A DNA stretch of 64,000 bases from Verrucomicrobiota bacterium (GTDB lineage: Bacteria > Verrucomicrobiota > Verrucomicrobiia > Limisphaerales > CANJSG01): NCBI GenBank assembly GCA_038209745.1, contig JBBQXJ010000007.1, positions 15,037 through 79,036 on the forward strand, written 5' to 3'. The notes beneath the pieces are model-generated. The model did no database searches. It had not been told where the DNA came from and saw nothing but the letters and a program-made list of their open reading frames with translations. The translations under genes and the position numbers were made by a program. Position 1 is the first letter of the stretch. Every line of letters begins with the position of its first letter. Positions 7,595 to 16,947 of the stretch are shown here, piece after piece.

Positions 7595-9904
7595 TCAATT
7601 CGGAGTCACTAAAATATTGTCGATGCAAACAGGCATGTCCTGCGGCGAAAATCCATAGAGGCCGGGTGATCCCTCGGTATGGGCATGCTTGTGCGGCACT
7701 TCAACCGTCCAAGCTTCAGGCTCCTTCTCGCCCCGTTTCCACGCCTTTGCCCGAATCACACCTGAGCCGTCGGCCGCCACGTCCACCCGCGCTTTGAGCG
7801 TGTACCAGGTGTTGGGCGACCAGCGGAAATTAGGCCCGTCGGTCACGGCCGGCACCCGGAGTCGCTCCAGGTTCGAGCTGATCTCGAGTTTCTGTTCGTT
7901 GCCCTTGAGCGTGATCAGATAGCGCTGACAGATCAGTCCCACTTCGGACATCTTGCGGCGGTTGCCTTCGCTGAGGACATCGGCTTGGACGGAGTAGTTC
8001 TTCATCGTCTCGTCGCCGATGATGACGGTCGCGCGTTGGAAGAAACGGTTGTCGACGGTCTTGCGCAAAACCTTGCTCCCATCCTGTTCCCGGATGTCGA
8101 ACTTGAACCGCGCCCCAATCCACGGGAGAGGCGGGTAGCTGAACTTGGCCTGGTCGAACGTGCTCGTTTCCCCCAGATCGTATTCCTCGAAGTTCTCGCT
8201 GATCGGTGGGAACGGCAGCACGCGACCGCGGATGGTCCCCTTCAATCCATTGTAGACGGCCATATACGCGCCAGCCGAAGGGACTTTCTCCGCGTCCGCC
8301 ACCAGGTCGCCGGCCGCGTTGAACGAGCCGTTCATCTTGGCTTTCACCTTGGCCGTCGGAGGAATGAAGGCGTCCCACTTCACGCCGGATTTCACCTCGC
8401 CCACCACAAGACCGTGCGCGTCGACGGTGCGGACCCGGAGCGAGACCTTTTCGCCCGGGTGGAGCAGCACTTCGGACGGGATGATCTGGAGTCCGGCGGC
8501 GGCGCCGGCCTTGGGCCAAGCAGGTTCGTCCATCGGTTTTGCGAGGCCCGGGTTGTTGCCGGCCTTGCCGAAGGCGTAGAGATGCTTGGTGGTCTGTAGA
8601 TAGACCTTGCCGTTGTAGGCGGTCGGCGAACCGAAGCAGCGGCCTTCCAGAGCGATGTGCGCCAGGATCTTCCCTTTCTCGGGATCGACCACGTAAAAGG
8701 CGCCCTTGGTGCCGGCGTCGGTGGAGTCGCCTCCCTTGCTGTCGGGATCGTCCAGGATCGGCACATAGATCTTGCCGTCGGCGAAGAGCGGGCAGGAGTT
8801 CCGCTGCTCAATGCCGATCTTGGTGTCCCAGATCCGCTTGCCGGTGTTGATGTCCACGCAGATCAGATCGCCCTTTTCGGCCACCACATAGATGCGGTCC
8901 CCGACGAGGATCGGGCTGCTCGTCGAGGTGGAAATATCTGCGCTCCAGATCTCGACGTCTTTCCGCTCGACCACAGTCGGCGCCTGTTGACCGAGCTTGT
9001 AGGCCACGTCGGGGACTTTGAAGCAGACCATCTGTCCCGGCTCATAAGGAGTGCCGTAGATGCCCACGACCTTGTCGCCGTTGTGGACGAGCACGGTGGC
9101 GTTGATGCCCGCCTTGCCGAGGTTGACGCGCCAGATCGGATCGCCGGTCAAGGCGTTGATCGCCCCGACACTGCCGTCGCCCAGGGTGACGTAGAGCACG
9201 CGAATGCCCTTCCACCAGTTCAGATACGGATAGGAGAATGAGCTGTCCTTTGGCCGATCACCGGGGGTGGAGGCCCAGACGATTTCGCCGGTCTTCTTGT
9301 CGAAGGCGTAGAGCCGATCTCCGCCCGGGCCCTGCGCGCCCCAGTTCGCGGTGATGCCGCGAATGATCACCAGATCGCCGTCCACCAGCGGCGTCTGGGT
9401 GCGTCCGTTCGGGAAGGTCAGCCGGCCGATCATTTCGCCGAGCGCGTGTTTCCAGAGCATCTCGCCGTCCCGCGAGAAGGCCACCAGCAGCCCCTGCGAT
9501 CCTTGGAGGTAGACGTTGCCCGTCTCGGGATCGACCGCCGGACTCGAGGTCGCATAGCGGTTGTAGATGATGTCGCTGATGAAATCGCTGAAAAGGTGCT
9601 GCCAGATCGGCTTGCCCGTCTCGGCGTCGTAACAGCCGATGCCTTCCTGAAGATCCTGTCCCTCACCGAGGTAGCCCACGATGTAGAGCCGGCCTCCGGC
9701 AACGACCGCGGTCGATGCCCCGGGGAAGTCCACCTTCCAAAGCGGCTTGGCGGCGTCGAGCGTGGACGGAAGGCCGGTCTCGCGGGAAACCCCGTTTTGC
9801 TCCGGACCACGCCAACTGAGCCAGCCCTGCACGGGAGCGGCGGACAGCGCTGCGATGGAGAAAAGGAAAGAGGCCCCGATGGCAAAGTGAACGTTGAGTT
9901 TCAT
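7595..9904 (-). CDS. Secreted PQQ-like beta-propeller repeat protein with a C-terminal beta-sandwich (LamG/DUF1080-like) domain
   Basis: Start MKLNVHFAIGASFLFSIAALSAAP (signal peptide; ATG at 9902-9904). Multiple PQQ-like blades are present (GRLYIVG, TGKPIWQ, DGKIYVP). The C-terminal ~200 aa resemble a jelly-roll domain. Confidence 0.8.
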   Translation of the reverse strand: MKLNVHFAIGASFLFSIAALSAAPVQGWLSWRGPEQNGVSRETGLPSTLDAAKPLWKVDFPGASTAVVAGGRLYIVGYLGEGQDLQEGIGCYDAETGKPIWQHLFSDFISDIIYNRYATSSPAVDPETGNVYLQGSQGLLVAFSRDGEMLWKHALGEMIGRLTFPNGRTQTPLVDGDLVIIRGITANWGAQGPGGDRLYAFDKKTGEIVWASTPGDRPKDSSFSYPYLNWWKGIRVLYVTLGDGSVGAINALTGDPIWRVNLGKAGINATVLVHNGDKVVGIYGTPYEPGQMVCFKVPDVAYKLGQQAPTVVERKDVEIWSADISTSTSSPILVGDRIYVVAEKGDLICVDINTGKRIWDTKIGIEQRNSCPLFADGKIYVPILDDPDSKGGDSTDAGTKGAFYVVDPEKGKILAHIALEGRCFGSPTAYNGKVYLQTTKHLYAFGKAGNNPGLAKPMDEPAWPKAGAAAGLQIIPSEVLLHPGEKVSLRVRTVDAHGLVVGEVKSGVKWDAFIPPTAKVKAKMNGSFNAAGDLVADAEKVPSAGAYMAVYNGLKGTIRGRVLPFPPISENFEEYDLGETSTFDQAKFSYPPLPWIGARFKFDIREQDGSKVLRKTVDNRFFQRATVIIGDETMKNYSVQADVLSEGNRRKMSEVGLICQRYLITLKGNEQKLEISSNLERLRVPAVTDGPNFRWSPNTWYTLKARVDVAADGSGVIRAKAWKRGEKEPEAWTVEVPHKHAHTEGSPGLYGFSPQDMPVCIDNILVTPN

Positions 9905-10202
9905 GCCGGATAGCGTAGCGGTTTGCCCCGGAATCAGCGGCGGCGGCCAACCGGAGTCCTGTGGGCCCGACAACTATTCCGCACACCCTGTCAGCTGGCA
10001 AACGATTTCATACCTACACGTATCAACTCCAACTCGACGGCGAAACTGAATGACCGGAATCGAAAGAGTTCGGCACCCGGACGTGCCGCCTCTTTGCCGA
10101 TCCCACCAGACTCCGGTCCACGGCCATGATCGCTCAACGCCCTAAAAAACCTGCGTTTGCCTCCTTTGACACCGCCCGCCGAGGCCAACAGACTCCCCAC
10201 TC

Positions 10203-11027
10203 ATGATGCTTCCGTTCATCCAGTTTGCCGAGGCGGGTTCCACCGTCGCCGCCGCGAGCGGATCGATCTTGGAACAGCTCGCCCTGCCCTCGATCTGGAT
10301 CAGCCTCCTCACCCTGACCCTCCTGGAGATCGTTCTCGGCATCGACAACATCATCTTCATCTCGATCCTCAGCGGGAAGCTCCCGATCGATCAGCAGGCC
10401 AAAGTCCGCCGCATCGGTCTGATGCTCGCGCTCATCACCCGTATCCTCCTGCTCGTGTCCATCTCCTGGGTCATGAATCTGCAGAACAAACTCTGGGACT
10501 GGGAGCTCTTCGGCCTGCCGCTGCCCAATACCGGCAAGGACCTGATTCTCTTCTTCGGCGGGTTGTTCCTGATTTTCAAGAGCGTGAAGGAAATCCACGA
10601 GAAGCTGGAAGGGCACGATGGAGATAAGACCTCCCGCATCGTCCCGACCTTCGCCGGCGTGCTCATCCAGATCCTGCTGCTCGACGTCGTCTTCTCGCTC
10701 GACTCCGTCATCACCGCCGTCGGCATGGTGAAGGAGATCTGGATCATGATCACCGCCGTCGTCGCCGCCGTTGTCGTCATGTTGATCTTCGTCAACCAGA
10801 TCAGCGGCTTCGTGGACCGCCATCCGACGATCAAGGTGCTCGCCCTCAGCTTCCTGATCCTGATCGGAGTGCTCCTGACCGCCGAAGGCTTCGGCCAGCA
10901 TATTTCCAAGGGCTACGTCTACTTCGCCATGGCCTTCGCGGTCGGGGTGGAAGTGTTGAACCTCAGGGTTCGGACCAAGGCCGACAAAGCCGCAGACGCG
11001 GTGAAGCTGCACCAGCCGTATCGGTGA
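10203..11027 (+). CDS. TerC family integral membrane protein
   Basis: 274 aa, polytopic. It carries the paired TerC signatures LEIVLGIDNIIFISIL and LLDVVFSLDSVITAVGM. Confidence 0.9.
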   Translation: MMLPFIQFAEAGSTVAAASGSILEQLALPSIWISLLTLTLLEIVLGIDNIIFISILSGKLPIDQQAKVRRIGLMLALITRILLLVSISWVMNLQNKLWDWELFGLPLPNTGKDLILFFGGLFLIFKSVKEIHEKLEGHDGDKTSRIVPTFAGVLIQILLLDVVFSLDSVITAVGMVKEIWIMITAVVAAVVVMLIFVNQISGFVDRHPTIKVLALSFLILIGVLLTAEGFGQHISKGYVYFAMAFAVGVEVLNLRVRTKADKAADAVKLHQPYR

Positions 11028-11050
11028 CCCGGTCGATCACGGAGCCTGAG

Positions 11051-12271
11051 TCAACCGCCTCCTCCGCGAACCATCTTCCCGTTCTTCGTATCCACCAGGG
11101 TCGAGTCGCCGACCGCCGGCTCCGCCCCGATGAACCGCGCCGCCAGTCCCGCGATTTGTCCGCGCTGCTGATAGGTCAGGATCCCCAGCAGTCTCGACCG
11201 GCTCCAGGGGCTCCGCTGCACCGTGGCCGCCGCCCAGGTCTTCCCCAGCATCGTCTCGCGCTGGAACACCAGGCGGCCATCGACGTGCCGGACCTTCAGC
11301 CGCTTCTCCACGCGCCGCATCCAGGAGTGGTTGTCTGTCCGTCCGATGAACAGCAGATTGGCCGACTTGGCATCCGCCTCGGTCAGTTCTTCGTCCGACT
11401 TCACCAGCAACTTGCCCGAGCGAATTCGAAGGTCTTCACCGAACTGGAACCGTGCGATCCGTTCCGCCTCCTGCCGCAGTTGGTCCGCTTCCCGGGGGAT
11501 CAAGGTGGACGCCGGACAACAGACGATCACCCGCTCGCCGAAGAGATCGTTGAAGAGCTCCTTCCGTAGCGGCTTTTTCACCGGCGCCGGAGCGGCACCG
11601 CAGCGGAACTGCAGGAACCAATCGACCAGCGAATCCCCTTCCCTCTGCGGATCGTAGAGCGACCGCCACGCGTCGTGGCCCCCGTCGCCCAATTCGTCAT
11701 AGCGCACTTTTCCTTTGAGGCGCCTCAGCTCGGACACGAGTTCACGCGATCTCTGCACCGGCACCACCGGATCGTGCCGGCCATGCACGCACCAGACAGG
11801 AACCCGCTTCATGGCCGCCACCGCCGCCACTGGGCCGCCGCCACACACCGGCGCGATCGCCGCCCAATACAGCGGACGTTCCGCCGCCATCCGCCACGCT
11901 GCGTAGCCCCCCAGCGAAAGCCCGGTCAGGTATTGCCGCCGCAGATCCACCCGATACCGCTTCCGCACCCAGTTGACGGCGTCCCAAAGATCCGCTTCCC
12001 CCATCCAGCGCCAGTCCACATCGCCCCGGCCGAAGGGACTCAGGAGAATCACCCGTTCATCGAAACCGCGCTCGTGGATGCGGAAACATTCCTCCGGGAT
12101 CATCCGGTGGTCGGCGTCGCTGCCGTGCAGCGCGACGACCAGCGGCCAGGACTTCTTCGGCGAATAGCCGGGCGGAACCCAGAGGGCGAACGGCTGCGGA
12201 GAGTCGTCCACGGAGGACCGGCATTCCGCGAGGAAGTAGCCGGTGGGAGGATGGGAAGAATCCGGTTTCAA
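11051..12271 (-). CDS. Alpha/beta hydrolase (esterase/peptidase S9-like) with a C-terminal domain of unknown function
   Basis: Nucleophile elbow GLSLGG, with LVVALHG and VWCVHGRHDPVVP. The start is uncertain. I prefer TTG at 12269-12271, preceded by GGAGG, which avoids a 68-nt overlap with the upstream gene. The track ORF extends to ATG 12385. Confidence 0.65.
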   Translation of the reverse strand: MKPDSSHPPTGYFLAECRSSVDDSPQPFALWVPPGYSPKKSWPLVVALHGSDADHRMIPEECFRIHERGFDERVILLSPFGRGDVDWRWMGEADLWDAVNWVRKRYRVDLRRQYLTGLSLGGYAAWRMAAERPLYWAAIAPVCGGGPVAAVAAMKRVPVWCVHGRHDPVVPVQRSRELVSELRRLKGKVRYDELGDGGHDAWRSLYDPQREGDSLVDWFLQFRCGAAPAPVKKPLRKELFNDLFGERVIVCCPASTLIPREADQLRQEAERIARFQFGEDLRIRSGKLLVKSDEELTEADAKSANLLFIGRTDNHSWMRRVEKRLKVRHVDGRLVFQRETMLGKTWAAATVQRSPWSRSRLLGILTYQQRGQIAGLAARFIGAEPAVGDSTLVDTKNGKMVRGGGG

Positions 12272-12317
12272 ACGATGCTCGCCTCCGAGCGAACCACGCG
12301 GTCGGGTCGAGGCCCGT

Positions 12318-12599
12318 TCATTTCCCGCGTTGCCGCACCGCGTCTTTCTTCTCGTCCAAATCGCCCCGCAGCTTCTTCCGTTCATGCACCAACTGCCCCT
12401 CCAGCTCCTTCCGCTTCTCCCAGTCGCCGGCCTGGTTGGCCGCGGTGATCTGGTCCTTCAGCATGATCTCCTGCTCGGCGATCTTGGCCGCGTAGCGCGA
12501 CTCGAGCTCGGAGATCTCGGCCTTCTGTTTGGTGTTCAGCTTGGCGATGGGCTCCGACTTGTTCAGCCGCTCCATCGCGAGTTCGTAGGCAGATTTCAT
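12318..12599 (-). CDS. Small coiled-coil hypothetical protein (93 aa)
   Basis: Start MKSAYELAMERLNK, with ATG checked at 12597-12599. The charged heptad-like sequence has normal composition. Confidence 0.45.
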   Translation of the reverse strand: MKSAYELAMERLNKSEPIAKLNTKQKAEISELESRYAAKIAEQEIMLKDQITAANQAGDWEKRKELEGQLVHERKKLRGDLDEKKDAVRQRGK

Positions 12600-12693
12600 G
12601 GGGCCACCGTAGCGGGTGATCCAGGAAAGTTCAGCGGAAGTTTCATCGTCCAACCTCGTTGCGTCCGACGATGGACCGACCAGCGCCTTCGCC

Positions 12694-13635
12694 CTACTTG
12701 TCCGGCTGATCGGCCGGCGCCTTTAAATCCTTCAGTTGGATTCCGGTCCGTTTTTGGAGCACGGCCTCGAACTTCGGCACATACATCTGCGTCTCCGCAG
12801 GGAGCCGTCCGGCGATCGCGTCGAAGGTCTTGATGTCGGACTTCTTCAAAAGCCGTGAGACCCGGCCTTCGCCGGCGTTGTAAGCCGCCAGGGCCAGTTC
12901 CCAGTCGTCGAAGCGGTCGTGCAGGTGGCGAAGGTGTTTCGCGGCGGCGCGGCCGTTCTTCTCCGGATCCAGCCGTTCATCCGGCAGCCACGTGGACAGC
13001 CCCAGATCCTTCGCCGTCGGTTTCATCAGCTGGAACAGACCTGCCGCTCCCACCGGACTCTTGGCCCTGGGATCGAAGGACGACTCCACCTCCGCCAGCC
13101 AGACCAGCTCCGCCGGCAGCTTCGCCTCGATGAAGATCGGCTTTAGTTTCGAGACCAAGGCTTCGGCCCGCTCCGGCAAGGGCCTTCCCTTCATTTCCTC
13201 CACCCAAACCCTCCGCTGCGCCGCCGGAAGAGGAGAGGAAGGCGTGGGCTGACCGGGCTCCGGCGCAGGCGGATTGAACTCGCGGCGCAGGTCGTCGGCG
13301 GTGGTCAGATAGTCGAGCCGCGCGCGCAACCAGCGGGCGTATGGATCGGTCTCCTCGAAGCTGTCGAGGATCGGCAGCAGCGCGGTCGCCGTCTCCTTGA
13401 TCGCGCTGAGATCGTAGACCGAGTCGCTCTGGAAGCGCCGGAGCAGATCATCCAAGACCGCCTTCACCCGGTCTCGATCCACCTGCTGGAGCGAGGTCAG
13501 AACGGAGGCGTCCAAGTTCTCTTTGGCCCACGCATCGGCCGTCTTGATCAACTCGTCCGCCGAAACCGGTTGATCCTGTGCCCCCACGCTTCCAGCCAGC
13601 CCGAGTGCGAGAACTATGATCCAAGCGACTTTCAC
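12694..13635 (-). CDS. Lytic transglycosylase (SLT domain), secreted
   Basis: Signal peptide MKVAWIIVLALGLAGSVGA. SLT catalytic region: AEVESSFDPRAKSPVGAAGLFQLM ... AAYNAGEGRV. Confidence 0.85.
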   Translation of the reverse strand: MKVAWIIVLALGLAGSVGAQDQPVSADELIKTADAWAKENLDASVLTSLQQVDRDRVKAVLDDLLRRFQSDSVYDLSAIKETATALLPILDSFEETDPYARWLRARLDYLTTADDLRREFNPPAPEPGQPTPSSPLPAAQRRVWVEEMKGRPLPERAEALVSKLKPIFIEAKLPAELVWLAEVESSFDPRAKSPVGAAGLFQLMKPTAKDLGLSTWLPDERLDPEKNGRAAAKHLRHLHDRFDDWELALAAYNAGEGRVSRLLKKSDIKTFDAIAGRLPAETQMYVPKFEAVLQKRTGIQLKDLKAPADQPDK

Positions 13636-13744
13636 GTCCCGACCCTAGCCTGTTGGGCGACGCGACGGAAACGGTGATTCCACCGCCGATTCTCCAACGA
13701 CCGGACTGGCGTCCCCGGTGGCTGAAGACCTAGCGTCGAACCGC

Positions 13745-14602
13745 ATGATCGTTCGTGAGGCAATTCGCCGCACCAGTGAGAGCCTGCAATCCGCGGGCGT
13801 CGAATCGGCGCGGGTGGAGGCGGAGTGGCTGTTGGCCCATGTCTTGGGCCTGCCGAGGATGCATCTGTTTCTGGAGAAGTCCCGTGAACTGGCCGCCGTG
13901 GAGATCCGGTCGCTCGACCTCTTGGTCCGGCGCCGCGAAAAACGGGAACCGCTCCAGCACATTCTCGGCACGGCCGAATTCTGCGGCCGTGTCTTCACCG
14001 TCAACCGTAACGTCCTCATTCCCCGCCCCGAAACGGAACTGCTGGCCGAGTTGGCCGAGACCGCGTGGCGGGCCGTCGGTAAAGCCGGGGGCGGGCGCGT
14101 TCTCGACTTCGGCACCGGCAGCGGATGCCTTGCCATCACGCTGGCGCTGGAACTTCCCGAAGCGGAGATCCACGCCCTCGACATTTCCCCCGACGCGCTG
14201 GTCGTCGCCCGGGCCAATGCGTCTTCATTGGGCGCCAAAGATCGAGTCGCATTCCATTTCGGAGATGGCTTCAACGCTTTGCCCCAAGGGCTGCGCTTCG
14301 GCCTGATCGTGACCAACCCGCCCTACATTCCCTCGGCCGAGATCGAAACGCTCCAGCCCGAGGTGCGGGACTTCGATCCGGCCCAAGCGTTGGACGGCGG
14401 AGCGGACGGTCTGGATTTCTATCGACGATTGGCGGACCAGGCGCCGACGCGGCTTGTCCCCGGGGGACAGCTGGTGGCGGAATTCGGCGAAGGCCAAGGG
14501 CCGGACCTGAGGGCGCTCTTCTCAGGCAAGGGCTGGACCGTGGAAGCGGTTCTGCCCGACGACACGGGACGCGACCGGATGCTCCACGCAACGCGACCCT
14601 GA
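13745..14602 (+). CDS. prmC: Release factor glutamine N5-methyltransferase PrmC (HemK)
   Basis: ILGTAEFCGRVFTVNRNVLIPRPETE, SAM motif LDFGTGSGCLAI and catalytic NPPY. Start chosen at MIVREAI (ATG 13745); the track ORF begins at 13718. Confidence 0.9.
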   Translation: MIVREAIRRTSESLQSAGVESARVEAEWLLAHVLGLPRMHLFLEKSRELAAVEIRSLDLLVRRREKREPLQHILGTAEFCGRVFTVNRNVLIPRPETELLAELAETAWRAVGKAGGGRVLDFGTGSGCLAITLALELPEAEIHALDISPDALVVARANASSLGAKDRVAFHFGDGFNALPQGLRFGLIVTNPPYIPSAEIETLQPEVRDFDPAQALDGGADGLDFYRRLADQAPTRLVPGGQLVAEFGEGQGPDLRALFSGKGWTVEAVLPDDTGRDRMLHATRP

Positions 14603-14713
14603 ACGACCCCGACGACCGTTCCGGTTCGAAACGGGTCGGGCGGTCACACAGGGTGGCGAGAAATCCAATTGAGCCATGGCTGGTTCGAGCCCCACAGTCG
14701 CCGCGACCTACCC

Positions 14714-15643
14714 ATGACCGCCGCACCTCCCACCTTCGCCGTCAATCTGGTCAACGTGACCAAGCGCTTCGGCCAACAGGTCGCGGTCAACGACCTCACG
14801 CTCCAGGTTCCCACCGGTTCCATCTACGGTTTCATCGGGCCGAACGGCTCGGGCAAAACCACGACGATCCGGATGATCATGCACATCGTCCTGCCCGACA
14901 ACGGCACGGTCGAAGTGCTGGGCCAGCAAGGCACACGCGCGGCGAACGACGTCATCGGCTATCTCCCGGAAGAGCGCGGACTCTACAAGAAAATGACGGT
15001 CCGCCGCCTGTTGGTCTACTACGCGGGGCTCAAGGGCATGGGTGCCAAAGACGCCGGCCGGGCCGCCGACGATTGGCTGGATCGAATGGATCTCTCCGCG
15101 TGGGCGGGCAAGAAGCTGGAAGCTCTTTCGAAAGGCATGGCGCAGAAGGTGCAGTTCATCTCCTCCGTCATTGCCCGGCCCAAGCTGTTGATTCTGGACG
15201 AGCCGTTCTCCGGGCTGGATCCGGTGAATCTGGAGGTGATCCGGACCGCCATCCTCGATCTCCGCAAGCAGGGCACGACGATCATCTTTTCCACCCACAG
15301 CATGTCCGCCGCCGAGGAGATGTGCGACTACGTCTTCATGATCTATCGCGGCAACAAGGTGCTGGACGGCACGCTGGCCAGCATCCGCGCCCGCTATGGC
15401 AACGACACGATCCGTCTGCGCGTGCCTGGCGGGGCCGAGGCGTTGCGCGGCATTCCCGGAGTGGAGGTGGCCCGCGATTTCGGCCAGAACCTCGAGCTGC
15501 GCAACACGGGTGATCCCCAGGCGCTGCTGCAGGCCATCGCCTCCCGCGCCAGGGTGGAGCTGTTCGAGGTGACCACGCCGTCGTTGCACGACATCTTCGT
15601 CCGCATCGCCAAACCGCAAACCACGGAGGTCGCCCATGCGTAA
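14714..15643 (+). CDS. ABC transporter ATP-binding protein (ABC-2 / NatA-like)
   Basis: Walker A GPNGSGKTT, signature LSKGMAQK and Walker B LLILDEP. Start at MTAAPPTF (ATG 14714). Confidence 0.9.
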   Translation: MTAAPPTFAVNLVNVTKRFGQQVAVNDLTLQVPTGSIYGFIGPNGSGKTTTIRMIMHIVLPDNGTVEVLGQQGTRAANDVIGYLPEERGLYKKMTVRRLLVYYAGLKGMGAKDAGRAADDWLDRMDLSAWAGKKLEALSKGMAQKVQFISSVIARPKLLILDEPFSGLDPVNLEVIRTAILDLRKQGTTIIFSTHSMSAAEEMCDYVFMIYRGNKVLDGTLASIRARYGNDTIRLRVPGGAEALRGIPGVEVARDFGQNLELRNTGDPQALLQAIASRARVELFEVTTPSLHDIFVRIAKPQTTEVAHA

Positions 15644-16943
15644 GATCTGGATCGTCGCCCTGACCGAGTATTTGAACTCGGTCCGCAGCAAGGCCTTCAT
15701 TCTCGGCATCGTCGCGCTGCCAGTGATGATGTTCGGCGGCCTCATCATCGGCCACCTCGCCAGCGACAAGGTGGACGTCAGACCGCGCAAGCTGGCCGTC
15801 GTCGATCAATCGGGACTGTTCCTGCCGCTCTTGGAATCCCGTGCCGCCGAACGCAACGCCAACGAACTGTTCTCCTCCACCAATCGGACCAAACAGGTGA
15901 AGCCCGCCTTCGTGATCGAAGCCGCTTCGACAAACGGGGCGCTCAGCGAGGGTCTGGAGCTCACCCTCTCCGACCGGGTCCGGAGCAAGGACCTCTTCGC
16001 GTTCCTCCTCATCCGGACCAACGCCGCGGAGATCGGAGCGACCAACGCGATCTCCTACTACACCGAAACGGCGACCTACGAGGAGCTGCCCCAATGGTTG
16101 AACCGGGTGGTGAACGACGAGGCGAAGCGAAGGCGCTTCGAATCCGCCGGCGTGGATCGCGCCTTGATCCAACGCCTGACCGCCCCCGTGGAGATCCGCC
16201 AACTTGGCCTCACGAAGCGGGACACATCCGGCAAGATCCAGGGCGCCAAGGAGACGAACCGGACCGCGACGTTCCTGATTCCGCTCGGTGCGGTCTTGCT
16301 GCTCTTCATGCTGGTGATGTCCTCGGCGCCGGCGCTGTTGAACAGCGTGCTGGAAGAGAAGATGCAGAAGATCGCCGAAGTGCTGGTGGCGTCGGTCAGT
16401 CCGTTCCAGTTGATGATGGGCAAGCTGCTGGGCGGAGTGATGGTGTCGCTGACGCTGTCGGTCCTCTATCTCGGCAGCACCGGTTGGATGCTGGCCAAGT
16501 TCGAAATGTTCAGCTACGTGGAGCCGTCGCTGTTCCTCTGGTTCATCTTCTTCCAACTGGTGGCGATGCTGACCTTCGGCTCGATCTTCCTCGCCATCGG
16601 TTCTGCGTGCAGCGAGATCCGCGACGCGCAGAGCCTGATGTTCCCCGCGATGATGATGGTGATTCTTCCGATGTTCTGCCTCGGCCCCGTGCTTCAGTCG
16701 CCCTCCAGCTCGTTCGCCCGCGCCCTTTCGCTCTTTCCTCCCGCCACCCCCACGATCATGACGCTACGAATCGCGTCGAAGCCCGGGCCGCCGCTTTGGG
16801 AAATCCTGCTGGGCGCTGCCTTGTCGACCCTCTTCATGCTCCTCTGTGTCTGGGCGGCCGGGAAGATCTTCCGCATCGGCGTCCTCTCCCAAGGCCAAGC
16901 CCCGACCCTCGGCAAAATGCTGAAGTGGGTGGTCTCGAAGTAG
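15636..16943 (+). CDS. ABC-2 type transporter permease (NatB-like)
   Basis: Overlaps the ATPase gene by 8 nt. It has an N-terminal TM helix, a large periplasmic loop, then about 5 TM helices, as in ABC-2 permeases. Confidence 0.8.
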   Translation: MRKIWIVALTEYLNSVRSKAFILGIVALPVMMFGGLIIGHLASDKVDVRPRKLAVVDQSGLFLPLLESRAAERNANELFSSTNRTKQVKPAFVIEAASTNGALSEGLELTLSDRVRSKDLFAFLLIRTNAAEIGATNAISYYTETATYEELPQWLNRVVNDEAKRRRFESAGVDRALIQRLTAPVEIRQLGLTKRDTSGKIQGAKETNRTATFLIPLGAVLLLFMLVMSSAPALLNSVLEEKMQKIAEVLVASVSPFQLMMGKLLGGVMVSLTLSVLYLGSTGWMLAKFEMFSYVEPSLFLWFIFFQLVAMLTFGSIFLAIGSACSEIRDAQSLMFPAMMMVILPMFCLGPVLQSPSSSFARALSLFPPATPTIMTLRIASKPGPPLWEILLGAALSTLFMLLCVWAAGKIFRIGVLSQGQAPTLGKMLKWVVSK

Positions 16944-16947
16944 CGGC

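Noticed and set aside
9974-10202. Possible yybP-ykoY (Mn2+) riboswitch upstream of the TerC-family gene.
   Set aside because: TerC/Alx genes are often preceded by this riboswitch, but I could not find the conserved GGGGAGUAG core on the plus strand. Only a TTGACA hexamer is present. Running cmsearch with RF00080 would settle it.
14125-15513. Same-strand off-frame long ORFs with extreme Arg/Pro/Gly content, e.g. 14125..15513(+), 38926..40122(+), 40949..42421(-), 30619..31866(-) and 4516..5808(-).
   Set aside because: Alternative frames of real genes (ABC ATPase, GlcD-like, L,D-transpeptidase, NRAMP, PaaK-like). Their composition is non-protein-like and they have no motifs.
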